A stretch of DNA of 45,642 bases from Mollicutes bacterium (GTDB lineage Bacteria; Bacillota_I; Bacilli_A; RFN20; CAG-826), in the NCBI GenBank assembly GCA_022780025.1, contig JALEXS010000036.1:1-45642 (forward strand), read 5' to 3'. Under the pieces are notes generated by a model, which had not been told where the DNA came from, searched no databases, and was given only the letters and a program-made list of their open reading frames with translations. The position numbers and the translations under genes were made by a program. Of the stretch, positions 18,604 to 28,327 are shown piece after piece; position 1 is the stretch's first letter; every line of letters starts with the position of its first letter.

Positions 18604-21600
18604 TTATTTAGTTTTTTTCTTTTTTCTAATAGCTAATGTTGTAGCTAAACCACCAAGAGCTAAACTAGATAAGACAATTGAACTAGCAATAACGCTTCCG
18701 CCACAACCTTTTTTACCAGTTGAGTAACTGCTACTTGCTTGACCAACAATCTTAAATTGAGCATCTCTTAATCTAAATGAAATAGTTTGACCATCACTAC
18801 TTAAAGTGTAATTAGTGATTTCTGGAGTAAGTCCACTAGCTAAAATTCTATAAACTTTAAATCCAGCTTTGAAATCTTTAACACTAACTGTAACTATTTT
18901 ACTTGATTTAGATAAACTAATTGTTTGACCATTAGCATCTAATAAAGTTTCACTATAAGTTCTAGTTAATGTAGATCCTTCTAATTTATCAGTAATTTCT
19001 TCAGTTAATGAATAACCAGGAGTTAAGTTACTATCATTGAATAATACGCCACCTTTAGAAAGATTATTGACATTAAATAAGTATTTATTACTACCATAAG
19101 CAGCATCAACAGCTTCTAAATAAACCTTTCCATCTGGACTATTTTCTTTAATTTCACTTAATTTAACTTCAGCATAGTAACTTCCATCACTGACTTTTGT
19201 AAATTTACCATCTCCAATAAATCCACCATTGAAGCTAGCACTATATAAGTAATCTTCTTTGAAGTAAACTCTTAAATATTCAGTTCCTTTTACTTTAGTA
19301 ATTTCTACTTTAGTAATTTCTGGAGATTCACTATCAATAATAATTTTAACTTCTTTAGTAAATGTTTTTGTTTCACCAAATTTACCAGTTACACTTCCTT
19401 GATAAGTGAATTTCATTCTTAATGTGTATTCACCACTATCAAGCATTTCACTTCCACCTGCAGTTTTTGTTAATGGAATAAATGCATGAGCTCTATGAGC
19501 AATAAGATTTCCAAGCCAGCTAGCTCCAGCAAATGATTTTGCTAAGCCATCAGTAGAAGTACTAAATAATGGATCATAGAATCTTGGGTGATTTCTATTA
19601 CCACTAGCATCAGCTCCTAAAACATCAAGAGCATAATCTTTACCATCAGGTCCAATTAATTCAATATTTGAATTATTAATTGCTCTATTAACATAAAGTT
19701 GAATGAATAATCCACTTGTAGCACCACTAGCACCAACATAAAGTTTATTACCATCTACTTTATTAATAGGAGTTGTAATTTTCTTAATATTACTATTATT
19801 AAGCCACATTTGTTGCATATTAGTTAAGAATGCAGATTCTTTATAAATATCATTAATATTAATAGCGCCAATATATGAACCATAATCTGCTTCAACTAAA
19901 GATAATCTCTTAGCTAAAGTATTTAAGATATCACTACCATAGATTTTGCCTTCTTCTTTTTCAAAATCAAATGGTTCGACTGGTTCTTGAGCAAAATAAT
20001 CACCATAGAATCCCATATAAGGAATATTTAAATCAGTTAATTCAGTTTTAGATGTATCAACTGGTGATAAATATACATATCCTTCTAAATAAGTTCCGTT
20101 AGGGAATTTTTCTTCAATTGCAGCTTTTTCTTCAGTAGTTAAGCTAGTAGAAACATTAATTGTAGTTTCTCCATTACCTTTAATAACTACTTCATCTAAA
20201 TCAACTTTCTTAATTAATTTATCTTCAATTGATTGGAATTCTTTTCCCATATATTCTGGGAATTCTGGATCATTACCAGGTTGAACTTCTTCAGTATAAG
20301 TAACAGTATCTGGTTTTAAAACAAAGATTGAAGCTTTATATTTAACGTCACTAGTAAGTTCACTATGAGCTTTAAATGAGAATTTAATATTACCTTGAGC
20401 AATATCTTCATTATTATAAAGTTCAACTTTAGCTTTCTTTTCAGTTGTTCCTTCTAAATAAATCTTAGATTTAAGAGCTTCACCGACATCAACCATACCA
20501 GACCCACTTCTTCTAGGAGAATATAATGAATTAATACCTTCATCACTATCTTTACTTAAATCGACATAGCCTGTTTTACTACTTGTAACTTTAGCAGTAG
20601 ACATAGTTCTCATTGGAATAGTATCTTTATAGGCTTTAGTTTCTTCTTTAGTTCCAGTATTATTTTCACTTATTAATAAAGCAACAGCACCACTATAGTT
20701 AGGAGCACTCATACTAGTACCACTTAAATATTTATAAGCTGTTTTATCTTTAATAAATTCATAAGTTGTATAATCAGTTTTATCACCTGGAACTGGTCCT
20801 CTAATAGCACTACCTGGAGCAGTAATATCAGGTTTAATTCTTAAATCATAAGTTGCACCATCAGTAGAGAATTCACTCATTTTACCAACATTAGCATTAG
20901 CTCTATCGGTATTAGCAGCAATAGAAAGTACTTTATTAGATGCATTCTTTAAATTATTACGATCTTTTTGTAAAACCATTGCAACAGGAACTGTAATAGA
21001 TTCAACAAATTTAGAGAAATCCATTCTCATATTGAAATCTGTAGCACCTGGATCATTATTAACAATAATTACACCAGCTGCTCCATAAGTAATAGCATTA
21101 ATAATTTTGGTAGTAAAAGCAACACCACCACCTCTATCAACAACACAAATCTTATTAGCTAAAGGTCTAGCATCACTTCCTTCAGGGAAAGTTTTTTCAA
21201 AATCAGCAGTTTCACCAAATCCATCAATATAAACATATTCAATTTCAGTACCGATTTCATCAACTAATTTTGAGAAAGGTAAATCTTCATTTAAAGAATC
21301 ATTTCTTTCTTTAGTAGCTTGATCATCATAACTTACAGCATTACTTCCAACAATAAATGCTTTATCATAGTGTTGAATTTCAAGGTTACCACTACCAATA
21401 GTCATAACATCTTCACTATTTGCATAACTTCCTAAAGTACCATTATCAACAAAATCTTTTAAATAATTAGCATAAGGACCCATTGAATTATATAATTGAC
21501 GTCCGTTATTTCCAGCACTAACACTACAAATAGTTCCGTTTTCTTTTAATTTCTTAAATACTTTAAATGATTCACTCTTTCCGTCAAAATCATCTAAATC

Positions 21601-22659
21601 TTGGCCTAAAGACATATTTAAGACATCAACGTTAAGAGTTAAAGCATCATTTAATGCTTTTAAAATAACACTATCATTAGCACCAGTTGATGGAACAACA
21701 CTATTACTAACATCAATTGATAAAGGAACATTATCAGTAAAAACCTTCATTAAAGCAAGTTGAGCATCAGGTGCTACGCCTTGATAAGTAGGATCATTTC
21801 CAGCAATAATACCAGCAACGTGAGTACCATGTTCACTATAAGGTGAATAAGCATCAAAATCTGGAACATATTCAATTGAAGAATAGCTTGTATATTTTGT
21901 TTCTTTACCATCTTTTCTTGTATAATAAGCAATTACTTCGCCACTATCATCATTTTCAGTATAAACTGTACCACCATAATCATAGGCAAATGGTATTTTA
22001 CTATTTATATAAGTTGAGTGAGTTGTATCACTTTTAGCATAGAAACTATCACCAGCATTATTAATTAAAGTAGTAATTTCATCTTCAGTATATTTAACTT
22101 TAGATGCATCTAATGGTTGGAAAGCATTATGAGCAGTATAAAAACCACTATCTAATACAGCAACTAAAGTGCCTGCACCTTTATTAGATGAAGTAGGTAC
22201 ATTCATTGTATCTAAACTGTTATTAGAAACTGTACCAGTTCCACTACTACCACTATCTAAAGTAACTGATTCATTAATTGCATTATAATCAGCACCTTCA
22301 ATCTCACTATTTGTCATATCAGCAAAACGATATACCTTATCTTCAGTAACACTTTCAACTAAAGGCATATTTTCAATGACTGAGACTTTATCTTCATTAA
22401 CTCTTAATAACATTGCGTTAGTAGCTTTTGTGTAATTTTCAACAAATTCATAATTAAAACCAATGTAATTATGTAAAGCTTTTCTAAAAGCTTCTTGAGA
22501 AGCTTCAACATCACTTTCACTATTACTAAAAGGATCAACATTTAAAGAAACAATAATTGTTTTATTTAATGGATCTTTTGTTACTTTATTATAATCAGCT
22601 GAACTAATTGTAAAACTTAAAGCACCAAGAGTTAACATCATTAATCCTATTTTTTTCAT
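18604..22659 (-). CDS. Cell-envelope S8 serine protease (lactocepin/C5a-peptidase-like) with PA and Fn3-like domains and C-terminal anchor
   Basis: Catalytic motifs VAVLDSG, HGTHVAG, SGTSMSAP; SAGN oxyanion motif; KPDITAPG; PA insert (VVDRGG...GAAGVII); signal peptide; C-terminal TM plus basic tail. Confidence 0.93.
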   Translation of the reverse strand: MKKIGLMMLTLGALSFTISSADYNKVTKDPLNKTIIVSLNVDPFSNSESDVEASQEAFRKALHNYIGFNYEFVENYTKATNAMLLRVNEDKVSVIENMPLVESVTEDKVYRFADMTNSEIEGADYNAINESVTLDSGSSGTGTVSNNSLDTMNVPTSSNKGAGTLVAVLDSGFYTAHNAFQPLDASKVKYTEDEITTLINNAGDSFYAKSDTTHSTYINSKIPFAYDYGGTVYTENDDSGEVIAYYTRKDGKETKYTSYSSIEYVPDFDAYSPYSEHGTHVAGIIAGNDPTYQGVAPDAQLALMKVFTDNVPLSIDVSNSVVPSTGANDSVILKALNDALTLNVDVLNMSLGQDLDDFDGKSESFKVFKKLKENGTICSVSAGNNGRQLYNSMGPYANYLKDFVDNGTLGSYANSEDVMTIGSGNLEIQHYDKAFIVGSNAVSYDDQATKERNDSLNEDLPFSKLVDEIGTEIEYVYIDGFGETADFEKTFPEGSDARPLANKICVVDRGGGVAFTTKIINAITYGAAGVIIVNNDPGATDFNMRMDFSKFVESITVPVAMVLQKDRNNLKNASNKVLSIAANTDRANANVGKMSEFSTDGATYDLRIKPDITAPGSAIRGPVPGDKTDYTTYEFIKDKTAYKYLSGTSMSAPNYSGAVALLISENNTGTKEETKAYKDTIPMRTMSTAKVTSSKTGYVDLSKDSDEGINSLYSPRRSGSGMVDVGEALKSKIYLEGTTEKKAKVELYNNEDIAQGNIKFSFKAHSELTSDVKYKASIFVLKPDTVTYTEEVQPGNDPEFPEYMGKEFQSIEDKLIKKVDLDEVVIKGNGETTINVSTSLTTEEKAAIEEKFPNGTYLEGYVYLSPVDTSKTELTDLNIPYMGFYGDYFAQEPVEPFDFEKEEGKIYGSDILNTLAKRLSLVEADYGSYIGAININDIYKESAFLTNMQQMWLNNSNIKKITTPINKVDGNKLYVGASGATSGLFIQLYVNRAINNSNIELIGPDGKDYALDVLGADASGNRNHPRFYDPLFSTSTDGLAKSFAGASWLGNLIAHRAHAFIPLTKTAGGSEMLDSGEYTLRMKFTYQGSVTGKFGETKTFTKEVKIIIDSESPEITKVEITKVKGTEYLRVYFKEDYLYSASFNGGFIGDGKFTKVSDGSYYAEVKLSEIKENSPDGKVYLEAVDAAYGSNKYLFNVNNLSKGGVLFNDSNLTPGYSLTEEITDKLEGSTLTRTYSETLLDANGQTISLSKSSKIVTVSVKDFKAGFKVYRILASGLTPEITNYTLSSDGQTISFRLRDAQFKIVGQASSSYSTGKKGCGGSVIASSIVLSSLALGGLATTLAIRKKKKTK

Positions 22660-22679
22660 AAATTCTCCTTTCTTTTCAT

Positions 22680-22708
22680 TGAAAGACCATCCTAAAGGAT
22701 GGCTTTCA
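22680..22708 (-). terminator. Hairpin after the 22729..24192 gene
   Basis: TGAAAG(A)CCATCC-TAAA-GGATGGCTTTCA. Confidence 0.65.
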
Positions 22709-22728
22709 TATTGTATTTAATATATTAC

Positions 22729-24192
22729 TTATTTAGCAGTTGAATGTAAATAATTATATACTGGTTCAAATTCTACACCAAAGTGAGAATAGATAACTTC
22801 ATCATTTGGAATAATATAGCCTTCACCAATTAAATAATTTGTAAAGACTACATCGTCACTAATATCTTCTTCAGTTCCATTTTTGTTATAGTCATAAATT
22901 ACACCAGTTTCAAGATATCCTGTTAAAAGTAAAATAATATCAGTTGAATCTAAAGCAGTTCCAAAGCCAAAGCAATTTCCATAATCTATTGCGGCATATC
23001 CTTTATTACCTTTATTATCATATTCACCATAACTTCCGCCTAAAAAACTATAATTTGTGAAAGCAGAACCTGATTGTAAATATCCTAAACCAAATTTTGT
23101 TGCTTGATATTGTAAATATTGTTGAGCTTCCATACCAAGTTGTTTTAATTGAGCAGCAGTTGCTAAACGTTGAGATTTTAATTCATAATTAGTTCCTTGA
23201 GTAGCAGCTACTTGATATAAATCGCCTGCACCATTTACAGCAAAGAAACTATATTGATCTGTTGCAGTTGTTTCACCTTTAATTACATATCCCCAATATT
23301 CATTTGAATAATAAACATCAGCTTTATTTCCACCAGTTAATCCAACACCTCTAACTGAATATGTATTGCTATTAACCATTTCAGTAAATTTTTTAAAATC
23401 ATCGTGAGCTTCCATTTTTTTACTTTTAATAGTTTCGAGGAATTTAGTATTACTAAAATCTAAATTTGGTAAATATTCAGTTGATTCAGGCAAGAATGTT
23501 GTAGCAAATGATCCGCTAATTTTATATGTGCTATATTTTCCACCTAAACTAATTTCTAAAGATAACAATCCATTATTAGCTTTAAATGTCATATCAGTAA
23601 TATAACTTGTGAATGAACCAAGTCTTAACATACCTGATAAATATATCATTTCATAATATGCAGCTTCATTAGTAAATTCACCATCAGCATTAACAGATAA
23701 ATCTAATGAATATTCTTTAACATCAAAAGTACCTTCAGTTTTTAATTTTTGAGCTTTTTTTCCTTCAACAAATGTATTAAAGAAATCATTAAACGTTATA
23801 GCAAATTCATCATAGCTTTTTGCAACTGTTTGATCTACATAACCTGCACTATAAATACTTCCTTTTTCTTCAAAGAAGCTTCCAACTCCAAGGCCTTCTA
23901 AATTAACTAAACCGCCAGTTGTGGTATTAGCAGTTTCAGCATTTGTAGTTGCAGTATAAACACAAGCATCTTTACTAAATTCGACAGCTGAATTATAAGT
24001 AATTTCTTTTAATGAAGAATAAGTTCCAGCAGTTTCAATTCTAAGTTCACTAGCTTCAGCTAAAGTTTTCATTGCACTATGAACAGTAGTTGTATCTTCT
24101 TTTGGTTTTTCTGGTTCTTTTCCATTTTTACAGCTTGTAACACCAAGAACGAGTGCACTTAAACTTAATGCATATAACAATGTTTTTTTCAT
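22729..24192 (-). CDS. Lipoprotein of unknown function (two-domain, related to 26647..28308)
   Basis: Lipobox VTSC; SD AAGGAG; NSNTYSV...YYSNEYW and terminal YSHFG...VYNYL motifs. Confidence 0.85.
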   Translation of the reverse strand: MKKTLLYALSLSALVLGVTSCKNGKEPEKPKEDTTTVHSAMKTLAEASELRIETAGTYSSLKEITYNSAVEFSKDACVYTATTNAETANTTTGGLVNLEGLGVGSFFEEKGSIYSAGYVDQTVAKSYDEFAITFNDFFNTFVEGKKAQKLKTEGTFDVKEYSLDLSVNADGEFTNEAAYYEMIYLSGMLRLGSFTSYITDMTFKANNGLLSLEISLGGKYSTYKISGSFATTFLPESTEYLPNLDFSNTKFLETIKSKKMEAHDDFKKFTEMVNSNTYSVRGVGLTGGNKADVYYSNEYWGYVIKGETTATDQYSFFAVNGAGDLYQVAATQGTNYELKSQRLATAAQLKQLGMEAQQYLQYQATKFGLGYLQSGSAFTNYSFLGGSYGEYDNKGNKGYAAIDYGNCFGFGTALDSTDIILLLTGYLETGVIYDYNKNGTEEDISDDVVFTNYLIGEGYIIPNDEVIYSHFGVEFEPVYNYLHSTAK

Positions 24193-24290
24193 TTTTTAAT
24201 TCTCCTTTTTTAATGGTTATAAAAAAGTTATTTTCGCCATGAATAATAACTTGCCATATTTTACTTTTATTATAAATAAAATAATTAGAA

Positions 24291-24375
24291 AAAAAGCCTT
24301 CTTAATATTTAATTAATAAAATACTAATATATACGATTATATCAATATTTTATGCTATATTAAGATAGGCTTTTT
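24291..24375. repeat. Long imperfect inverted repeat (~85 nt)
   Basis: AAAAAGCCT-TCTTAATAT...ATAAAATA...TATTTTAT...ATATTAAGA-T-AGGCTTTTT. Confidence 0.7.
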
Positions 24376-24387
24376 ATAATAAATTAG

Positions 24388-26634
24388 CTAGATTTTTCTT
24401 TCTCTATATATACCAATATAGTTATGAGCAAAGCTATTTATGAAATAAAGTATTAATCCAGATTCATTTTTATAGAATGTTTGAGTGATAACTCCATCAC
24501 TATTATAGTTATAATCATAGACTGGCCAATCACTATTATTTTCAAATGCTTTTAAGATATTAGCATTTGCTAAAGCTGCATTATTCATAGCAGTATTTCC
24601 ATTTGATGCATGATATATAATATGAATTAATACACGATCACTACTACCATCATAATATTCACTAACTTCAAAATCTTTTTCATCTTGAATACCAGTTACT
24701 ACTGGAAGAGTTACTTCTTCTTGGAAACGATAATTAAGTAATTCTTGAACTTTGGAATATTCAGTAAGTCCGCTATAAGTCTTTTTATAACTAATAACCA
24801 TTACTAAATAAGAAATACCATATGTTTTATTAGTTGAATATAAGAATTGAATTGTAAATCTACCATCTTTTGAAGTCGCTTTATAAACTCCAGAAGTACT
24901 ATTTAAAGTAACAGTCCATCCAGCTTGTTCTAATTTTTCTTTATATTCACTAGATATATCATTACTCATTTCAATTTGTAATTGATAACTTGTTTCTGTA
25001 ACAGTTACTTTTCCACTACTAGCATCTTGGGTCTTATATTTTCCAAAATAATAACTTGTTCCATTAGTAATTTCAGGAATAGTTGGGATTTCTCCTCTAG
25101 TATTTTGATTTAAAAATGCATTTATATCATCTTTTGGGAATGAGGTAGCAAATTGAGCTAAGCCAACACTACAAGCGATTACACCTTTATTAACATTCTT
25201 ATATACAGGATATTCTTGTAAGAATGTAGTTTTAGAAAAATAAGTTAGGATAATGAAAGTTGTATCATTAGGATTAATTAAATAAGCATGTCCATTACCA
25301 ACTGATTTTGATTTCCATCCTTTTCTAACTAATTCTAAGAAATATGTTTCTAAATCATCATTACCTAAATTAATCATAAAATAATTTAGACCAATTCCAT
25401 TACGACTATTCATGTTATAGCCAGCTTTATAGAAGATTGTGTCATAAATTCTATTTTCTAATCTAGGAACACTTTCAAGTAATCCACCAAAATAAGTTTC
25501 TGATAAATCAACTGAACTATATTGGTAAGAAATATCACTATTAAGTAATGAATAAAGTAATACTTGAATACTTTTATTTTTAGTAACATATTGCATTTGA
25601 ATTCTAAATGTACCTAAAGGATCCATTGCTCCTTTACCATCACTATTTGAGAAATTAAATGTTGTTAAACCTAACTTTTTCTCTAAGTAATTTGCAAGAT
25701 AATTGACACCATTTGATGTATCATCTTCACCTACTTTTTTAGTAGTATCTGGCTTATAATATATAACACTTGCTGGTAATCCATTATTAGTTAAATAGGT
25801 TCTAGCACTCACTATATTCTTGCCAGAATCTTTTAAAACCCCGTCAAACGAAGATATTTTTGTTAAATTTACATAACGACCTTCACTAGCAAATATATGT
25901 ACAGGGAGCTTATCTTTTTCTTTATATTCTTTATCATCTAGATAACTTACTTTGACATAAAATTCTTCATTATTTGTTTCATCAACACCGAAATTTAAAT
26001 TGAATTCATAATTAGGATTTATTGCTTCATAATATTCATTCTTTTTAACTTCGTTAATTTTATAGCCAGCTTTTGTTAATTTATCTTTATAAACAAGAAC
26101 ATTAGAATAATCTAGATTTTCACCATAAATATAAAATGATCCATCACTACTTATTTTATGTGTATAAACTGTACTATAGAAAAATGGAACACAATCTGTG
26201 ACATAATAATTGCCTAAATAACTTCTAAGTCCAGCGACTTTTCCCATCTCTTCTTCATCACCATTACTAACACTATTATCTAATATAACTTGATTAACCC
26301 AATCACCAGTTTGTTCAGTTAATATCCAACCTGCATAAACGTCAATTGAAGCATTAACAATACTATTTTTATAGAAAACATTTTCTTTAGTTAAATTGGT
26401 TGCACTACTTTTATCTTTATACCGATTAACAAAAGTATATTCACCATTAACTCTACTAGGACTAAATAATTCAGTTATCTTACTACCTTTTTTATAAGTC
26501 TCTACTTTAGTAGTATTTAATTCATCTTCAAGATGATAAGTAATAGTAATATCTTTATTTTCATCATTACAACTTACTAATGAAAAACTACTTATAATTA
26601 ATGATAACCCTGCTAAAATAAATTTATTTTTCAT
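24388..26634 (-). CDS. Lipoprotein with N-terminal InlB B-repeat and repeated YxxxLxxxG[WY] modules
   Basis: Lipobox LVSC; ITYH...PSRVNGEYTFVN[CGG]YKD...DVYAGW matches the Listeria-Bacteroides repeat; YKDKLTKAGY, YFLELVRKGW, YKEKLEQAGW. Confidence 0.85.
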   Translation of the reverse strand: MKNKFILAGLSLIISSFSLVSCNDENKDITITYHLEDELNTTKVETYKKGSKITELFSPSRVNGEYTFVNRYKDKSSATNLTKENVFYKNSIVNASIDVYAGWILTEQTGDWVNQVILDNSVSNGDEEEMGKVAGLRSYLGNYYVTDCVPFFYSTVYTHKISSDGSFYIYGENLDYSNVLVYKDKLTKAGYKINEVKKNEYYEAINPNYEFNLNFGVDETNNEEFYVKVSYLDDKEYKEKDKLPVHIFASEGRYVNLTKISSFDGVLKDSGKNIVSARTYLTNNGLPASVIYYKPDTTKKVGEDDTSNGVNYLANYLEKKLGLTTFNFSNSDGKGAMDPLGTFRIQMQYVTKNKSIQVLLYSLLNSDISYQYSSVDLSETYFGGLLESVPRLENRIYDTIFYKAGYNMNSRNGIGLNYFMINLGNDDLETYFLELVRKGWKSKSVGNGHAYLINPNDTTFIILTYFSKTTFLQEYPVYKNVNKGVIACSVGLAQFATSFPKDDINAFLNQNTRGEIPTIPEITNGTSYYFGKYKTQDASSGKVTVTETSYQLQIEMSNDISSEYKEKLEQAGWTVTLNSTSGVYKATSKDGRFTIQFLYSTNKTYGISYLVMVISYKKTYSGLTEYSKVQELLNYRFQEEVTLPVVTGIQDEKDFEVSEYYDGSSDRVLIHIIYHASNGNTAMNNAALANANILKAFENNSDWPVYDYNYNSDGVITQTFYKNESGLILYFINSFAHNYIGIYRERKI

Positions 26635-26646
26635 ATTTCAATCTCC

Positions 26647-28308
26647 TTATTTAGCTAAATAAGCCTCAACACTTGCATAACTTGTAGTTCCAAAATTATC
26701 AAGAGTATGGTCTAAATAAATAAGACCTAAATAATTAAATAAATACCAAATATCTATTTTAGTAATATTATTAGCATCGTCTTTAGTTATTTTAAAAGCA
26801 CCACCATAACTTGCTTCTTCTAGTCCAAATCCATAATAATTAGCGAATTGTTCTGTAAAAGATGTATCTCTAGTTATATAAGCATCATTAGGTTCACTAT
26901 AAATCATAGTGTCAATGTAATTTAATACTTTTAATGATTTAGGATATCTTAAAAAGTCAGTTACACCAGCATCATATTCACTAAAATCACCTACTTTATC
27001 ACTAACTACAACTTGATCTTTATCATCTAAAGTAAATTTATAAATACCATTATATTCACCCTTATTTCTTAAGTTAATATAACCTTCAGTTTTTAAAGTA
27101 TTATCTTCTTCTAATCCTTCACTAGTAGGAATAGATAAATAATATTCATTAGTATAATATTCATTAGTTTTAGTAATAATTATAGCATTACCATCACCAT
27201 CTTTAACAATATTACCTTCACTATCATGCTTATTAGTAACTCTAATACCATGGAAATTATTATTTAATAATAATTCTTTAGCTTTAGATAATTCACTAGG
27301 TACTTCTTGAGCACTACCACCATTATTAACATAATCTTTAATTTCAGTTAAACTAACATTATCAAAATTATCAATTGTTCCATATAAATAACCTAATAAT
27401 TGTTCATAACAATCTAAAGTATAATCAATCGATGATATTGAATTATTTTCATAATTAATAGTTAAATAAATACAACTAATATAAGGAGCAATCTTTTCAA
27501 TAAATCTACTAGCAACTGCAAAAGATTTTTTAATCTCTAAATCAGTGATCATATATTGATGCTCACCAATTTTCATATTCTTTTGATAAGTTTCTATATT
27601 AGGAACATCTTTAAAAGTTGGTATTTGATTATAAATACTATTACTATAATCACCTTTATTATTAGTACAAAATTCATATGGAGTAATAGTTTTATCACTA
27701 TTTTTATAATATTTAAATACTTTATTATTATTATCTAAAGCATATCCATATGAATTACTATCATCATCAAGATGAGTTTCATAATAATATTGACCATCAA
27801 AATATCTATCTAATTTAAAAGTTGATCCTATTATAGTAGATTCTTGTAAAGCATGATAATTAGACTTAGTTTTAATTAAGTCAATTGCTGATTTAAGTTC
27901 AGTAGAGTTCTTTTCATCAAGGACAACTCCTGAATTACATAAAATTGGACAATAAGCTATTTTATTACCATCTTCTGTTGTAATTTTAGCAACTGTTTTA
28001 CCTATTTTATTAGCTCTAATAACATTATTATCAAGCAAAGTTGCAACACTTTCATCAATAATTTCAATCTTAACTTTTTGATTAGTAGCATTACTTGGTA
28101 ATATTTTATATCTAAGTTGAGCCTCTCCTAAATAAGCTAAAGTAATTGAATCATCTAAGAAATAAACGGCTTCTACTTTAACTTCTTTAGGAGGAACAGG
28201 AGTAGGTTCTTCAATATCTGGATCAATAATAGGAGGCAATGAATTAGAACTATTACAAGAAGCTAATGATAAAGTTAATAAACTTAATAATAATATATTC
28301 TTTTTCAT
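26647..28308 (-). CDS. Lipoprotein with Big_2 domain and internally duplicated domain
   Basis: Lipobox LASC; ILPSNATNQKV...GKTVAKITTEDG; repeat ends TIDNFDNVSLTEIKDYV and TLDNFGTTSYASVEAYL. Confidence 0.85.
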   Translation of the reverse strand: MKKNILLLSLLTLSLASCNSSNSLPPIIDPDIEEPTPVPPKEVKVEAVYFLDDSITLAYLGEAQLRYKILPSNATNQKVKIEIIDESVATLLDNNVIRANKIGKTVAKITTEDGNKIAYCPILCNSGVVLDEKNSTELKSAIDLIKTKSNYHALQESTIIGSTFKLDRYFDGQYYYETHLDDDSNSYGYALDNNNKVFKYYKNSDKTITPYEFCTNNKGDYSNSIYNQIPTFKDVPNIETYQKNMKIGEHQYMITDLEIKKSFAVASRFIEKIAPYISCIYLTINYENNSISSIDYTLDCYEQLLGYLYGTIDNFDNVSLTEIKDYVNNGGSAQEVPSELSKAKELLLNNNFHGIRVTNKHDSEGNIVKDGDGNAIIITKTNEYYTNEYYLSIPTSEGLEEDNTLKTEGYINLRNKGEYNGIYKFTLDDKDQVVVSDKVGDFSEYDAGVTDFLRYPKSLKVLNYIDTMIYSEPNDAYITRDTSFTEQFANYYGFGLEEASYGGAFKITKDDANNITKIDIWYLFNYLGLIYLDHTLDNFGTTSYASVEAYLAK

Positions 28309-28327
28309 AATCTACATTCCCTCCTAA

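Noticed and set aside
21843-22037. 64-aa plus-strand ORF
   Set aside because: Antisense to the protease catalytic region
27556-27738. 60-aa plus-strand ORF
   Set aside because: Antisense shadow with biased I/F composition
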